DNA of 64,000 nucleotides from the NCBI GenBank assembly GCA_965205865.1, contig CBDBHR010000027.1, forward strand, positions 128,001-192,000, in the 5' to 3' direction. Below, piece by piece: positions 8,827-19,200 of this stretch. Numbering within the stretch: the first letter of the stretch is position 1; each line of letters starts with the position of its first letter. A program made the position numbers and the translations under genes. The notes beneath the pieces are model-generated. The model had not been told where the DNA came from and ran no database searches. It was given only the letters and a program-made list of their open reading frames with translations. The stretch comes from a bacterium (lineage in GTDB: Bacteria; SAR324; NAC60-12).

Positions 8827-10520
8827 TAGTGTCTGGCAGAAAAATACAATTTTACTAATAGGAGGTGTAGAACTCGCGAGAACAGCCATTCTTGAACAAG
8901 CCATATTTTAGATAGCTGAAGCTATTTTTCTTTGAGATCCCCACTTTTTTGTTAACCCCCCTTTTTTTGGACACTCGCCCCCCCTCCCAGCCTCCCCTTT
9001 TGTTTCAGAATGGGGAGTCACTCTTGGGTTCAGGCCGCTTTTTTGTAGGGTCCTCGTTTACGACGCTGCCGTTCTTTTTGCTGTTCACGCAGGACGGTGC
9101 CGAGACGGTGGATGTTTTTTGCAAGTACAGCCAGAGCGACATAGCGTTCGAACCATGGTTTCGTTGAAGCGCGCCCTGCGAATGATTTGGCTCATGAGTT
9201 TTTTTGCAGAGCCCATGTACTCCCGTAAGCGCAGCAGTTTCAAGGGGGAGCGCACCCGTTTTTCCAAAAGTTCCAGGCGCGTCTGGGCCCGCAGGTGATA
9301 CGCTTGGGCCATGAGGAGGTATTTGAGATATTCCTTGCGCCTCTTTTCTTCGCGGGCACGCCTTATTTGCTGAGCTTTCGAAGTTGAGGTCCTGAGCTTT
9401 TGGATGAGACGATACTGCTTTTTGAACTGCCAGGTGTTGTTCCTGTATTGTCGCCAGCCAGCCAGCTGGCAACTCCGTGAAAGCCTGGCGCATTCTTCAA
9501 TCGTCTTGCGTATGGCGTCGAAGAGCAGGTTGACGTCGGTCGGATAATGCGCATTGGTTTCAACCACAAAGGAGTCGCAGCGTGCACGTAGCGCCCTGCT
9601 TGAATCATGAAATTCAACTTTCTTCTCCGTCCGAACTCGGGGTGCCCCATCTTTTGGGGCGTTTTTTTTTACCAGTTCATGTCCGGCTTTGACTACCAAC
9701 TGATTGATCTCATCGAGAATCTCAGGCGTGAAAAGACGCAGGTTATCCTTGATCGTCTGCCGGTTGTACGTCGTTATGTCCTCCCCGGCAAAGGACCTCC
9801 CGACCTCCATGTCCGAGCATCTGCCGGATGGTGTCGTGATGGTTAGCCAACTCATGGATACGGTCGTAATCGCTGTTGAGACTCGGGCGCAGTACGCCAA
9901 GCGCCAGAATCTTCCACTGCTCCATCCCGGGACGCCCAAGACGGGGGTCCGCTTTGCGATGCCTGTCTTCGTTGCTCAGGCCCGGACCGCTTCGCGAGGG
10001 GATGACCCGTTCCGGAACCTTGAATACCGATGCGCGTAATGCTGGCGAGGCGTATATGTATTGCAAACCGCGAAGGATAGGGGGGATGTCATCACGAGAC
10101 TTGAGATCCAACTCGATGGCGGCAACGTCGACTTCGCCGAAATTCATCTGGGGCTCACGTATGGTGCGCATAAAATTTCAAATCTTGAAGATTTACGGAA
10201 AAACGAAAGAAACCAGTCAGAAGATACTGTAACTGCAACGATTGACCCTTCATGCGAGGTGGCGCGCACTCGGGTTTTTTCAAATCTTCGCGTCATAAAT
10301 ATCAGTTTATCATCTTGATATAATTAATGAAAGACTTTACATGATATTTAATGGTATTCACCTATTTTTAAGAAACGAAGATTTTGGAAAAACTCATCAA
10401 AGATTCCATTTTTTGCTGATTTTGGCCATCTGAACACTGCATCAAACCAATCTTCATCCTGTGAAATTGAAGAATTATCATTTAATATCAGCAATTTGAG
10501 TATTTTTCGGCCAAGCACTA
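8827..10520 (-). mobile_element. Insertion sequence, ISNCY (ISDol1-like), defective
   Basis: TIRs TAGTGTCTGGCAGAAAAATAC / GTATTTTTCGGCCAAGCACTA (18/21) around transposase remnant; no clean TSD. Confidence 0.8.
9030..10171 (-). pseudogene. ISNCY transposase, frameshifted and internally deleted
   Basis: N-term ELDLKSRDDIP..LRGLQYIY, GRPGMEQWKILALGV; then RCDSFVVETNAHYPTD in a second frame; joins directly to the C-terminal ERYVALAVLAKNIHRLG...KKAA*. Confidence 0.85.
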
Positions 10521-10619
10521 TTTAAACTGAAAATTCCTCAAATCCTTGCTATAGAGAGATCTACTTGTCGCCCTCCATTGTCTTTCCACAACAATCCAAA
10601 AACCCCTTCTCTGAACAAT

Positions 10620-11189
10620 ATGCATCGTAACCCCCTGCTCAAACTCCTGCGGGAATATCTGGTCTCTCACCAACATGAACAGGATATAACCAACCATTTC
10701 CTGCAATTTGTCTCTTCTCAAGCAAATTGTTTTGAGCGCACTTTGCAAATCGGACATATCACAGGATCAGCCTGGTTGGTAAATGCGACAGGGACTCACG
10801 TGTTGTTGACCCACCACCGGAAACTGGACAAGTGGCTGCAGTTGGGAGGTCATGCCGATGGCGATCCGGACTTGTGGCGAGTCACTTTGAGGGAAGTACG
10901 GGAAGAATCGGGATTGAGAAATTTCAACCTGGTTTTTGAAAACATTTTTGACTTGGACATTCATCATATTTCGCGCCTTGGCAACGAAGCGGAACATCTG
11001 CATTACGATGTCCGCTTTGCCATGCAGGCGACCGAGTCCACACAATATGTAGTCAGCGAGGAGTCCCATGATTTGTCCTGGTTCGCCATCAAAAACCTGC
11101 AAGCATTCACCAAAGAGGAATCAATCTTGCGCATGGCCCGCAAATGGTTGACTCATGTAAGCCATTCTACTCGGTTACGCTGGTCCTGA
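10620..11189 (+). CDS. NUDIX hydrolase
   Basis: GHITGSAW, HHRKLDKWLQLGGHADGD...LREVREESG, HLHYDVRF. Confidence 0.9.
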   Translation: MHRNPLLKLLREYLVSHQHEQDITNHFLQFVSSQANCFERTLQIGHITGSAWLVNATGTHVLLTHHRKLDKWLQLGGHADGDPDLWRVTLREVREESGLRNFNLVFENIFDLDIHHISRLGNEAEHLHYDVRFAMQATESTQYVVSEESHDLSWFAIKNLQAFTKEESILRMARKWLTHVSHSTRLRWS

Positions 11190-11464
11190 ACGGCAGATGA
11201 CGAGGAATGAGCTGCTGAAAAGATCGACTCGACTACATTATAATAGTGATGTTATTCTGGTATACGCAAAGTTCACAATCGTAACTCCCTCGAAAAAAGA
11301 ACAAACATGGCAGAAAAGAATGGCAGAATTTATCATGAAATACGATGCGGAAAGGAGATCTGATGACTCAGATTACAAAAAGAAACGTATGCGGGCTGAA
11401 AGGCTGTTTTCGGAGTGGATTCACGGATTGTGGCAAGAATCACGAAGAGAGAGGTGGGTGAAAA

Positions 11465-12892
11465 ATGGAACATAGTGCAAAGCCAGCACCCGGTGCAACG
11501 TTTCGATTCAAAAATATCGGACCCGTGAAAGACGCCGAACTCGAGCTTGGCGATCTGACCATAATCGCCGGCCGCAACAACACCGGCAAGACGTACATCG
11601 TCTATACCCTCTATGGTTTCCTGAAGATGTTGAATTCGTCTAATTTCCATCTTTTCTTGATGGACAAGAGATTCCCTGATGCTCAGTTCCCTGATTTAAG
11701 GAGCATCGCGGAGAAGCTTCTCCAAGAAGATCACGCCAGCCTTTTGCTGGATGAACAAATCCTTGAACGGCAAGGGAGGGAAGTGATTCAGGCAATCGCC
11801 CGTACTTTCTCGAAAGAATTTTTGCCCGGAGTGTTCAGTTCCCAGCACCATGATTTCGAAGGAGCCTCCATAGAGGTGAATCTCCACGAAGACAATGCTA
11901 ACAATCTCCGGCCTTTAAAAGTGAACGCCGAAGGAGTTATCCTTTCAATCGAGCATGATGGAAAGGAACTTCGAATAAGTCTTGAGAAGCAAGATAAGAA
12001 AGCTAATATCTACGACCTGCGTTTCCATATTGCTTATATTTACTTGATGTTTTTGTGTGGAGATCTATTTCCTGAGCCTTTCATCCTTTCTGCCGAACGT
12101 TTCGGAATATCGCTTTTCTACAGAGAACTGGACTTCACCAAGAACCAATTGGTCGACCTGTTGCAGAAATTGGGCGACGACAAAAACAGGGAGAGGATTT
12201 CTCCCTATCTGTTCATAGACAAAGCGACTAGCCGCTACGCGATGCCGATCAAGGACAACATCGACTATACGAGAAGCATTCCCGACCGGAGAGGAAACAT
12301 AAGCGAGATCCATGACCACAAACTTTTCGACCATATCAAGGATATGATGGACGGCTATTACAGGGCCTCCGGTGACGAAATACGTTTCATCTCGAAGTCG
12401 CGCGGCAAAGGGCGCAGTTTTAACATCCCCTTGCATCTTGCGTCCTCCTCGGCCCGTGGATTGTCGGATTTCTACTTTTTCCTGCAGCACGTTGCGAAAA
12501 AGGGGAATCTTCTCATCATCGACGAACCGGAAAGTCATCTCGACACCGCCAACCAGATTCAGTTGGCGCGGTTACTGGGGCGCTTCGTGCGGGCCGGTTT
12601 GAAGGTGCTCATCACCACGCACAGCGACTACCTCATCAAGGAGTTCAACAACCTCGTCATGCTGAGCAAATCGTTTGCGGATAAGGAAGCGGTTGTCAGG
12701 AAGTTGAAGTACCAGGCAGACGACTTCCTTTCTCCCGATTCCGTCCGCGCGTACGTAGCCGAGAATAATAGTCTGACCCGATGTAAGGTGGATGCGCTTG
12801 GCATCGATATGCCGGTCTTCGACAAAACCATCGACGAGATCAATAATGTGGCAAACGAGCTCGCATCGCGAGTATCGGATGATGCGGAGTAG
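11465..12892 (+). CDS. ABC-type/AAA_15-21 ATPase, defence-associated type
   Basis: KNIGPVKDAEL, Walker A GRNNTGKT, LASSSARGL signature-like, Walker B LLIIDEPESHL, ITTHSDY. Confidence 0.9.
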   Translation: MEHSAKPAPGATFRFKNIGPVKDAELELGDLTIIAGRNNTGKTYIVYTLYGFLKMLNSSNFHLFLMDKRFPDAQFPDLRSIAEKLLQEDHASLLLDEQILERQGREVIQAIARTFSKEFLPGVFSSQHHDFEGASIEVNLHEDNANNLRPLKVNAEGVILSIEHDGKELRISLEKQDKKANIYDLRFHIAYIYLMFLCGDLFPEPFILSAERFGISLFYRELDFTKNQLVDLLQKLGDDKNRERISPYLFIDKATSRYAMPIKDNIDYTRSIPDRRGNISEIHDHKLFDHIKDMMDGYYRASGDEIRFISKSRGKGRSFNIPLHLASSSARGLSDFYFFLQHVAKKGNLLIIDEPESHLDTANQIQLARLLGRFVRAGLKVLITTHSDYLIKEFNNLVMLSKSFADKEAVVRKLKYQADDFLSPDSVRAYVAENNSLTRCKVDALGIDMPVFDKTIDEINNVANELASRVSDDAE

Positions 12893-12894
12893 AA

Positions 12895-13443
12895 ATGAGT
12901 ATTAGTTCTTGCCTCAAAGGGATTCTTGCTGATAAGGCGCTGTTATCGCCATCGTGCAAAGGCATGATGACTCTCATAGAAGAGAACAATGATATGGAAG
13001 TAGAAGTTTTTGGAGTCCCTTCTGACCTAACCGTTATAAACATGAAAATGATCGGTAGTTTATCGGGCCTGAAAGATGGGGAATGGAAGCAACGCTGCGA
13101 CTATCTGATAGTGCGAGAGGAAGAAGGCGTCGATCATGCCGTATTCGTTGAACTGAAACGAACCTTGAATAAAGACAAAAAGAAAGCATTGGATCAGCTG
13201 CGCAGGTCTGTTCCGTTCTTGGAGTACTTTCGCAGGATATGTGAACTTCAATTTACAGACGATCCTATCCAATCGGAAATAGCATTGCGGTATGTCATGA
13301 TCGGTGAGAGGATCAGTACGAGGTTTGACAAACAGCCTGTAAAGCCGGGTCAAAAGCTGCCTTCCGAGGAATTCAAGAACATAACGGTCACTCCGTTTGT
13401 CGTCAGATCAAGAATCGGTTTTGATCGTCTGTGGAGTGGATGA
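12895..13443 (+). CDS. Hypothetical protein, probable PD-(D/E)XK-fold nuclease partner of the ATPase
   Basis: RCDYLIV...AVFVELK...ALDQL motif; starts 2 nt after ATPase stop. Confidence 0.65.
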   Translation: MSISSCLKGILADKALLSPSCKGMMTLIEENNDMEVEVFGVPSDLTVINMKMIGSLSGLKDGEWKQRCDYLIVREEEGVDHAVFVELKRTLNKDKKKALDQLRRSVPFLEYFRRICELQFTDDPIQSEIALRYVMIGERISTRFDKQPVKPGQKLPSEEFKNITVTPFVVRSRIGFDRLWSG

Positions 13444-13509
13444 GTCCCCTTCCGAGTCAATTCCCCTGACCATTCTATAATCCGGATAATCCTGCTACGG
13501 AAAACTTTC

Positions 13510-13981
13510 ACCACCACAATCTTTGCTGCCCGGTATCGTTCCTGCTCCGAAGGAGCGTCCCCCCGCTCCAACCAGACGAGAATGTCCTTGTCGGCCATCC
13601 TCCGGATAATCGCTGCCACCCTACCAAGGGCGCTGTCAGTTTCTTGCTGCAACATCCGAGGCGGTAACCTCTCATCCTTCTCCATGACCTTAAACAGTTT
13701 GGACGGCACGCCGGCGAGCCCGCTAAACCGGCCCACGGCGAGGGGTGGGCAGGTCGTCATCCGAAGGGTAGGCAAAATGTCAGGAGTGGCCCTTAGCAGC
13801 GCTACGCTAATGTCTGTCAGGTTTTGCGTGGCCTCCAGGGTAGCTTCAACTTCGCTTGTAGTCTGAGCGCGTGTATTCCGGTAGGCAACCGGCGCAAACC
13901 GAATGAACCAGTCGTTGTACATGTCCAACGGCTGTGCGATGTCGCCCTTCAATCTGCAGGTCTGTCTCTGTAAACCGCCAT
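13510..13981 (-). pseudogene. XamI-family restriction endonuclease, frameshifted and 3'-truncated
   Basis: MAVYRDRPAD then 1-nt frameshift into KGDIAQPLDMYNDWFIRFAP...ILPTLRMTTCPPLA...; similarity ends after RAAKIV; 3' limit approximate. Confidence 0.75.
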
Positions 13982-14064
13982 CGCCTAATTTCCCGTTCTG
14001 TGGAGCTTCCCATCGAACAGCGTGGTGTGCAGGTCCTCCGAGGTGCCCGCTGGATTACTTAAAT

Positions 14065-14282
14065 AACCTGAGTTCGAGATAAGAATTTAATAAATTCAAT
14101 ATGTTATGGAATCTTCATATCTTAGAGAAACCTTGTCATTCCTGCGAAAGCGGGAATCCGGAGGTATGCAGCCAGACTGAAATCCGGATCCCCGCTCCCC
14201 CCTTTCGCGGGGACAAGTTTCACGAGGATGACATATACACTAGGAAACTCATATTATTGAAGATTTATGTCGAACACAGTTT
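14065..14282. mobile_element. MITE family A, copy 2
   Basis: AACCTGAGTTCGAG / GTCGAACACAGTTT ends; TSD AAAT (14061-14064, 14283-14286); central REP doublet. Confidence 0.9.
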
Positions 14283-14643
14283 AAATAGAATTTGAACAGA
14301 CCATCAATAATCCCGCGGTAGTCAGTCAGGGGCGGTGACTTGCTATGGAACTCTTCGTCCGCCTTAAGAAAGTCGGTCCGATCGTCCGGGACATGGAATA
14401 CGGCATTTCGGAATCGTGAGAATGTTGCCAGAGAGTCCTTCGTAATCCGCTCCTCGATCTCTCTGCGTTTCAGCTCAGGTCTGTTTGAAATTACCTGTTC
14501 ATATTCACGAAGAGGTTCCGCCAGAAGAGCTGAAGATACTATGATCGGCGATGTTCGCAACTCAGCCTGCCTATAATCCCTTACCATCTCGAGCGGCAGA
14601 ATCTCTTGCGCCAATTCTCGCACCATTTCATCACTGTACAAAA

Positions 14644-14719
14644 TACGCGCGAGACCTACCAGGGAACCTGGACTCGAAGTCTACGCGCGAGACCTACCAG
14701 GGAACCTGGACTCGAAGTC
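14644..14719. repeat. Perfect 38-bp tandem duplication
   Basis: TACGCGCGAGACCTACCAGGGAACCTGGACTCGAAGTC x2, no spacer. Confidence 0.95.
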
Positions 14720-16201
14720 TGCGACTATGGCCGAATAGGATTCGTTGAAAATAATGAGCGAGCGAACCAACAGGTCGATGAAGCCGGACCGATTCCGTTT
14801 TACATATTTGGGGAGCGCCTGCCCAGCCCATGCCGGTTGGCTTTCTGTCGGAGGCGCGGGTATGAATGACGACAACTCTCGATGTATTGGAGTCTGAACG
14901 GAATCTCTGCTCTTGGTGTAAGGACGCTCCGGAAGGGGCAGAGCGAGAGCGTCCATCGTCTTCTCCCATTGGGCGACTCGCCGTCGTTGCGATGCAGTTA
15001 GCAAAAAGTTAGGCTTGACATTCAGAGCAAGAGATTCGTTGGAATCCAGTAACTTATCCAACCATTTTCTTGTAGCTGCCTTTGCTTCGGCACTCCTGCT
15101 CTTGGTTATCAGGTCATTCACCCTGTCCACTCTTCTTCGAGTGAATTCAAAGATTTCCTCATCTGACTGCTTCGACATTTCGTCAGCCTGCGATTCTCCC
15201 ATTGAAGCACGAAACCACTCCAGGTAATCGTCGATCAGATTCTGCATTGTGACAAGCGCGACCACGGGGTCCGGAGCAGCCCGTCCGGCATCCACCATAA
15301 ATTGCCGAAGATAGTCTTGATGGGTCGTCTCCTTCAGAGGGTGCAGGAGCGCGTGGCGGACCTCCTTGAGTGATTGGAACAAAGCCTGGTGTGACGCAAG
15401 GTATTCCTTTAGAGGTGCGTAAACAAGTGTCGTGTGCTCTTGCGAGACCGTCATGTAGTGCTCAATCTCGGCACAGAGCAGGCACATGTAAATTTCCCAC
15501 GGAACCCATGTCGCAATCCCTAGCAGCCAGCGGTTGGTATCAGTCTTTTCCAACCCTTGATCTTCCAGCATTCTGTCCTGGACGAGGATGCGGGACGCCT
15601 CGTCGGCCGTATTCGCTATGCCCAACTGTTCACAAGCTGTGGTCAGGTGGTCCATGTTGCGGAAGGCAATGACGCGTATGCCTTCCGTAATCCCACAGCG
15701 GTGATCCCGCATTTTCACGTAGTATTTCAGCAGGCGGGTGTCAATGCTTGCTACGGCGCTTTGCTTGGTCATGGGCGCACTCAGGTGAGTATCAGCGACA
15801 ATTTCAAAACCTTCATTTGCCTAGGTCACCCCTCGTTACGAAAATGTCCATATAGGAAATTTAAAAATATGTAGAAGACCCTATCAATTTAAAATGGGTG
15901 CGTAAAGGGAAATTTAGGAAGGATTTTATTGATTTTTGTCAAGATTCTTGACGGATGTGCGGCCTAATGTATTTTTTCCGCTTTTTTTGTGTTCTGGTCG
16001 GAAAATGCTGGATTTTAGTCATTGTGGTACCTGGGGTTTAAGCCCCTCATTCTTCATCAGCAAAATAGCCTTTGTCCGCAGGGAATTTCTTCCCAAAGTC
16101 AAAGGAGCCTTCTGGCTCAGATGCAGTGATAGAAGGCAATGGGGGGCTCCTTTGGTTCTCTTCACCAAATTTTTTCAGTCTATAATCCCGATGCGGACAA
16201 C

Positions 16202-19200
16202 TTACACCTTCACCACCGTCTCGGTGTCACCAGCGGCGAGGGCGTTCATGTAGGCAAGGATCATGGTTTTGGTGCGGTAGTGGCCGAACACGGCTTTGTC
16301 TTGTTTGCGGACGATGGGGAAGGTATCGAGGATATAAGCGGCGTCCTCCCGGTCGAGACCGTAGAGGTGGAAGTAGAGCGCGTCGAGGCGCGCGCGCAGG
16401 TGGCGACGCTCTTCTTCGTTCCAGATAAACGGCGGACCGTCGTGACCGAGGTCACGGGCGAAGGGCGCCATGTCGTGGGCCGTGTAGGTGAGCCTGAGCA
16501 CGTGGTCGCACACCAACTCGTGGGCGGTCATATCGCCGAATCGTCGCTCATAGCTGTCACGTGCTATGACTGGAAGTTGCTCAATCAGGAACAAATTCAA
16601 ATTTTGACCCTGCACTTTTTGTCGTGTCACAAAATCGAAAGCGAATGCATTTAGATTTGCGACAAGTAAATGTCCTGACCATTCTTTGCTAGGGATAATT
16701 TCGGATATGAATATCGGGACACTATTCCCAAAACCGGCACGAGGCGCTAGAGCGGCAATCATAGTTCGCATGTTGGTCGATGCCGTTACATGCTTAATTA
16801 CGATGGTCCACTCTGCTCCCTCTGGCCATGAGCATGAGTTTTCACACACCCAAAACTGTGGGTTCGGCAACCAACCAGGATTTACATGCTGAGCATTCGT
16901 TGCTTCCTGCGGCTGAGCGGGTCGGTTTAAATTATCCGGATTGACGACTACACTCGCCGCCCGGTGGTCGAACGCTTGCACCATTTTTCCTTCGTAAAGT
17001 GGCAGATACAATTCCTTCCCTCGTTTCCAGCGGTTACCCTGAACGGGGTAGAAACCCTCGGCTTCGAGTTGCGCGGCGGTTCGAAAGAGGTGGGAATCGT
17101 TGGTCATGTGGAACATAGTATGATACCGGACCGGCCAAGCCTTGCGCTCCTCGCCCTGTGAGCGGTCCACCAGCACCGGATGATTTTCGTAGATGCGAAG
17201 AGTTATCTCGGCGTCGCGACGGGTACGGAAGACGGGGGCGGTGCCGGTATTGGGATTGACCCGGGCGAAATCCTCAGGTGTGAGCGGGAAGCAGCGCTGC
17301 GGGTCGTTGATGGCCGCGGTCTCGCGCAGGAAAAAAGCGCAGCTCGTCTCGTCGAATCGTCGCTGCTCGCCACCGAATATCAATGCGCAAAACTTGAAAG
17401 AAGCGTGAATGTCCTTGAAGAAAATTTTCTTATTCTCGAAATCAAACAAGCCGGCAACGCGCTCAGCGCTGGAGACCGATTTGAAGAATTGGGCAGCAGT
17501 CTTATCGGCGTAGATACCGGATGGGATGAGGAGACCGACGATGCCATCGGGCTTGACGAGGCTCATGGCACGCTCGACGAAAAGGGAGTAGAGGTTGATG
17601 TCGCCTCCACCGAGCAACGGATAGTTGCCGGAGGCGCGAAACCATTGGCCTAACTTATCCGCCCGCTCCTTCGCCGCGTCGAATTTCTCTGCAAGAGGAT
17701 CTCCCTGATGACGTAATTGCTGAATACCGTTTCTCCGCGCAGCGGCAGTGGCGGCGTGGGCCAACTCAGGGACGCGAGTGGCAAACCACTCCACCTCCTG
17801 CAATTTGATGCGGTCCCACGGCGGATTACCGATGACGGCGTCAAAACCACCCTGAGGGCGTTTGTTCTGCCAATATTGCCACACTCCAGGAAAAGCGACC
17901 TCCCAGTGCAGGAATTCCTCGCGGTCGGCAATGAAACGAGCCTCTCGCCATAGCTTGGCAAACCTCGACAATGGAGTGTCCCCGTCTTCGTGTACCTCCA
18001 CACCGGTGACATCCGGACCATGGGAGAGGAGAGCAAAGGCATTGTCCGTATACTGAGCAATTGGTTCTATCAATTGTTTCTCCTCAACCTCGTCGCGTTC
18101 TTTCTTTTTGAGATCCGAGGTCTGCCATCGAAAGCCGCAGAGAAAGTCGAGCAATCCGCGCAAATCCGCCGTCGTCTTATCAACGCCTTCAAAAAGCGTC
18201 GCCGATTTTTGCACCTCCGCGATATCAGCGTCGGACAATTCCTCGATGAGACGCATTCCATCAGTGGCAGTCTCGGCTCCGGCTATTGCGCTCGAGAGAA
18301 TCAGTTCGGCAATATTCCGTAAGTCATTGGTTGCCTGCGAAACGCGCAGACCAACCAACGAGTCTCCGCAGCGCAGGTGGTGGTCGAGGAAGGATAAGGG
18401 AGCGCCGACGGTGAAGCTGTGCAACCAGAGGGAAACCTTGGCCAATTCGACGCTCATGCGGTTTTTATCGACGCCGTAGATACAACGCTTGAGTACCATA
18501 CGGCGGATGATGGCCTGGTCCGTCAGCTGTGCCTCGTTCAAGACCCAGTTCGCTTCCCTGGCCCTACGGATGATGTCGCGGCGGATCACCGAGATGCGCT
18601 TCACCAACGGGGAAACGTATCCGTCGCTCAACCAATCAGGTACGGCGGGTACATACTCGATCAATTCGGCTATATAGTCGGAGAGGAAGTCCACGGCAGT
18701 GACGAGAAAGTGTCCACTGCCCATGGCCGGGTCGAGAATTTTAAGATTCAGGACGGCTTCGGCCGGGTCGAGCTTTTTCAATTCAACCAAGCGTTGGTTC
18801 TTGGGACGATGGTCACTTTTCAGGGCGATGGCCTTGTCTTCGAAAGCCTTCAGACGTTCTTCCGTCAACGGTTTCAGGGTGCGGTCGACAATCAGGTCCA
18901 CGAGTTCCTGGGGAGTATAGAAGCTGCCGCTGTCCTTGCGGGCGTAGGAGTTGGGACGGATGGAGACATTGCCGTCCGCATCAAGGGAGGGGTCACGTTC
19001 CAGCAGCCGTTCGTAGATCGAACCGAGTTGCTGCACCGACATGTCTCGGTAATTGACGAAACGGCGCGTTTTATTCGTATCCGTGTGGCTCAGGTCGTAG
19101 ATGATGGGGGCGATTTTCGCGTCGGCGAGGTGGACCTCCTCCAATAAGGAAGCGGTTTCAGAAGCGAAAAGTCCACCATTGTAGGGTGGCAGACCGATGG

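Larger units (their letters stand above)
13985..15772 (-). pseudogene. Tandem HEPN-like domain protein (~510 aa), disrupted by a 38-bp duplication and a MITE
   Basis: ORFs 14681-15772 and 14249-14641 are in the same frame; Rx4H motifs RHALLH and RNAVFH; removing MITE+TSD extends the frame to TAG at 13985-13987. Confidence 0.65.

Noticed and set aside
11197-11475. ORF upstream of the ATPase as a third defence gene
   Set aside because: No recognisable motif or clear start; cannot be supported without homologues.
14681-14683. In-frame TAG as pyrrolysine or programmed readthrough
   Set aside because: The TAG is created by the duplication junction and the following codons are out-of-frame duplicate sequence; no pyl genes in the window.
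14644-14719. 38-bp repeat as a CRISPR array
   Set aside because: Two abutting copies, no spacer, inside a coding region, no cas genes.
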